DNA of 64,000 bases. It comes from Takakia lepidozioides (taxonomy: Eukaryota; Plantae; Bryophyta). Made by a program: the position numbers and the translations under genes. Position 1 is the first letter of the stretch; every line of letters starts with the position of its first letter. Below, in pieces: positions 62,908-64,000 of this stretch. The notes beneath the pieces are model-generated. The model did not search any database. It was not told the origin of the DNA and was given only the letters and a program-made list of their open reading frames with translations. The stretch spans positions 12,834,001 to 12,898,000 of the forward strand of contig CM060731.1 in NCBI GenBank assembly GCA_030704615.1, written 5' to 3'.

Positions 62908-63583
62908 ATGGCAGCTGGCCCGGGGGACCATGGAAACGTTCAAGTGGTGAAGTCTAAGCAGGAATGGGAGGCCAAAGTGGAGGAAGCAGAGAGCCACGGC
63001 AAAATTGTTAGTACTAACACGTTGAGTTCTTTGCATGATAACACCAATGCAATGATACTTCGATCCTTGTAATATTCTGTGATGTTCTAGGCCCAGGTTG
63101 GTAGAGAGATGGTTATATTAATGGAAGAGCAAAGTGGAGGTGCTGACACTCGGAGTTGCCAATGTGGACAGGTTATAGTGGATTTTACAGCATCATGGTG
63201 CGGCCCGTGTAGACTTATGTCGCCAGTCTTCATAGATCTAAGCAAGAAGTATGTGCAGTTGGTGTTCCTAAAGGTTGATGTTGATGAAGTCCAGGTATTA
63301 CATATTCATGCCTCTTCCCTCACCATATTGTTCTTAGCATATTTTGTGCCAAGTTACAATCTATAACTTTGATATATGATCAATTGAAATCACGATTGTT
63401 TCTGCTCAAATTGTTTACAGTTTGGTGTTGGTGGTGTGGCAGGAGGTGACATCAGAATGGGAGATTCGCGCCATGCCTACCTTTTTGTTCATAAAGGATG
63501 GCAAGCAAATTGACAAGATTGTTGGAGCAAACAGGGACGAACTAGATAAAAAATGTCATCATTACGCTACAAATCAATCGTAG
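62908..63583 (+). CDS. TRXh: Thioredoxin h-type, exons 62908-63006, 63172-63294, 63443-63583
   Basis: [11 protein letters not shown] active site, [19 protein letters not shown]. Conserved two-intron structure. Confidence 0.95.
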
Positions 63584-64000
63584 ATAGTGGGAGATGGGCA
63601 CGATAGTCACAGCGAATACACAGCTTTGAGAACCTCGAGTCGGCTCTTTCATTGCACACATAATCTGAGTCAACCAGCTCGGTTGTATATATGGCTGTTT
63701 CACTTAGCCTGAAAATGAAGCTGCGACATTTGTTGTTGGCACAGTTCTTTCTTTACATTTATAGTCAAGTCCATTTCATAATGATCAGTAAGTTATCTTC
63801 CACATGCTAGCATCTTTCATCAGTACCTCACTTCAAGTTCAGAATTACATGGACCTTCTGCATTGCAGAAAATCCGAGACATATTGTTGTGTTGCTCCTA
63901 TCATTCTCAATACTTTCATATACTTCCTAAGGCCATCCTAAATATTCTACTATGCACAATCCCCAAAAGATGAAGAGATTTGATTCCTTAAAATGGACAA

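Noticed and set aside
1-64000. tRNA, rRNA, snoRNA or ribozyme genes
   Set aside because: None recognised by eye; an Infernal/tRNAscan search would be needed to exclude them.

Overview
Eukaryotic nuclear DNA from a land plant, probably a non-seed plant (inferred from the CRE-like and RTEX/L2-like retroelements and the gene set; species not determinable). Seven apparently intact genes, six of them spliced: TMEM135-like (+), a START/SRPBCC polyketide-cyclase-like gene (+), an intronless F-box/kelch gene (+), CDC123 (+), a family-B DNA polymerase (-), the SIN2/MTG1 circularly permuted GTPase (-) and thioredoxin h (+). The 20-36 kb interval is a graveyard of transposons and two broken genes: an EMB8/ABHD-type hydrolase and an At5g24750-like glycosyltransferase, one exon of which is split and partly inverted about 4.7 kb away. 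Mobile DNA includes several CAGTGTTG-ended non-autonomous hAT elements, two with intact 8-bp TSDs, a degenerate Ty1/copia plus a related solo LTR, a CRE-like non-LTR element, and many 5'-truncated LINE 3' ends. The best candidate for an undescribed system is the polymerase. It is a Pol-delta-like paralog with open exons in which all three proofreading (Exo) motifs are degenerate, motif C is YAQTDS, KKRY is VNRY, and the CysA/CysB tail is retained with a canonical PIP box. All family assignments are from recalled motifs, not database searches. Exon boundaries were read by eye.
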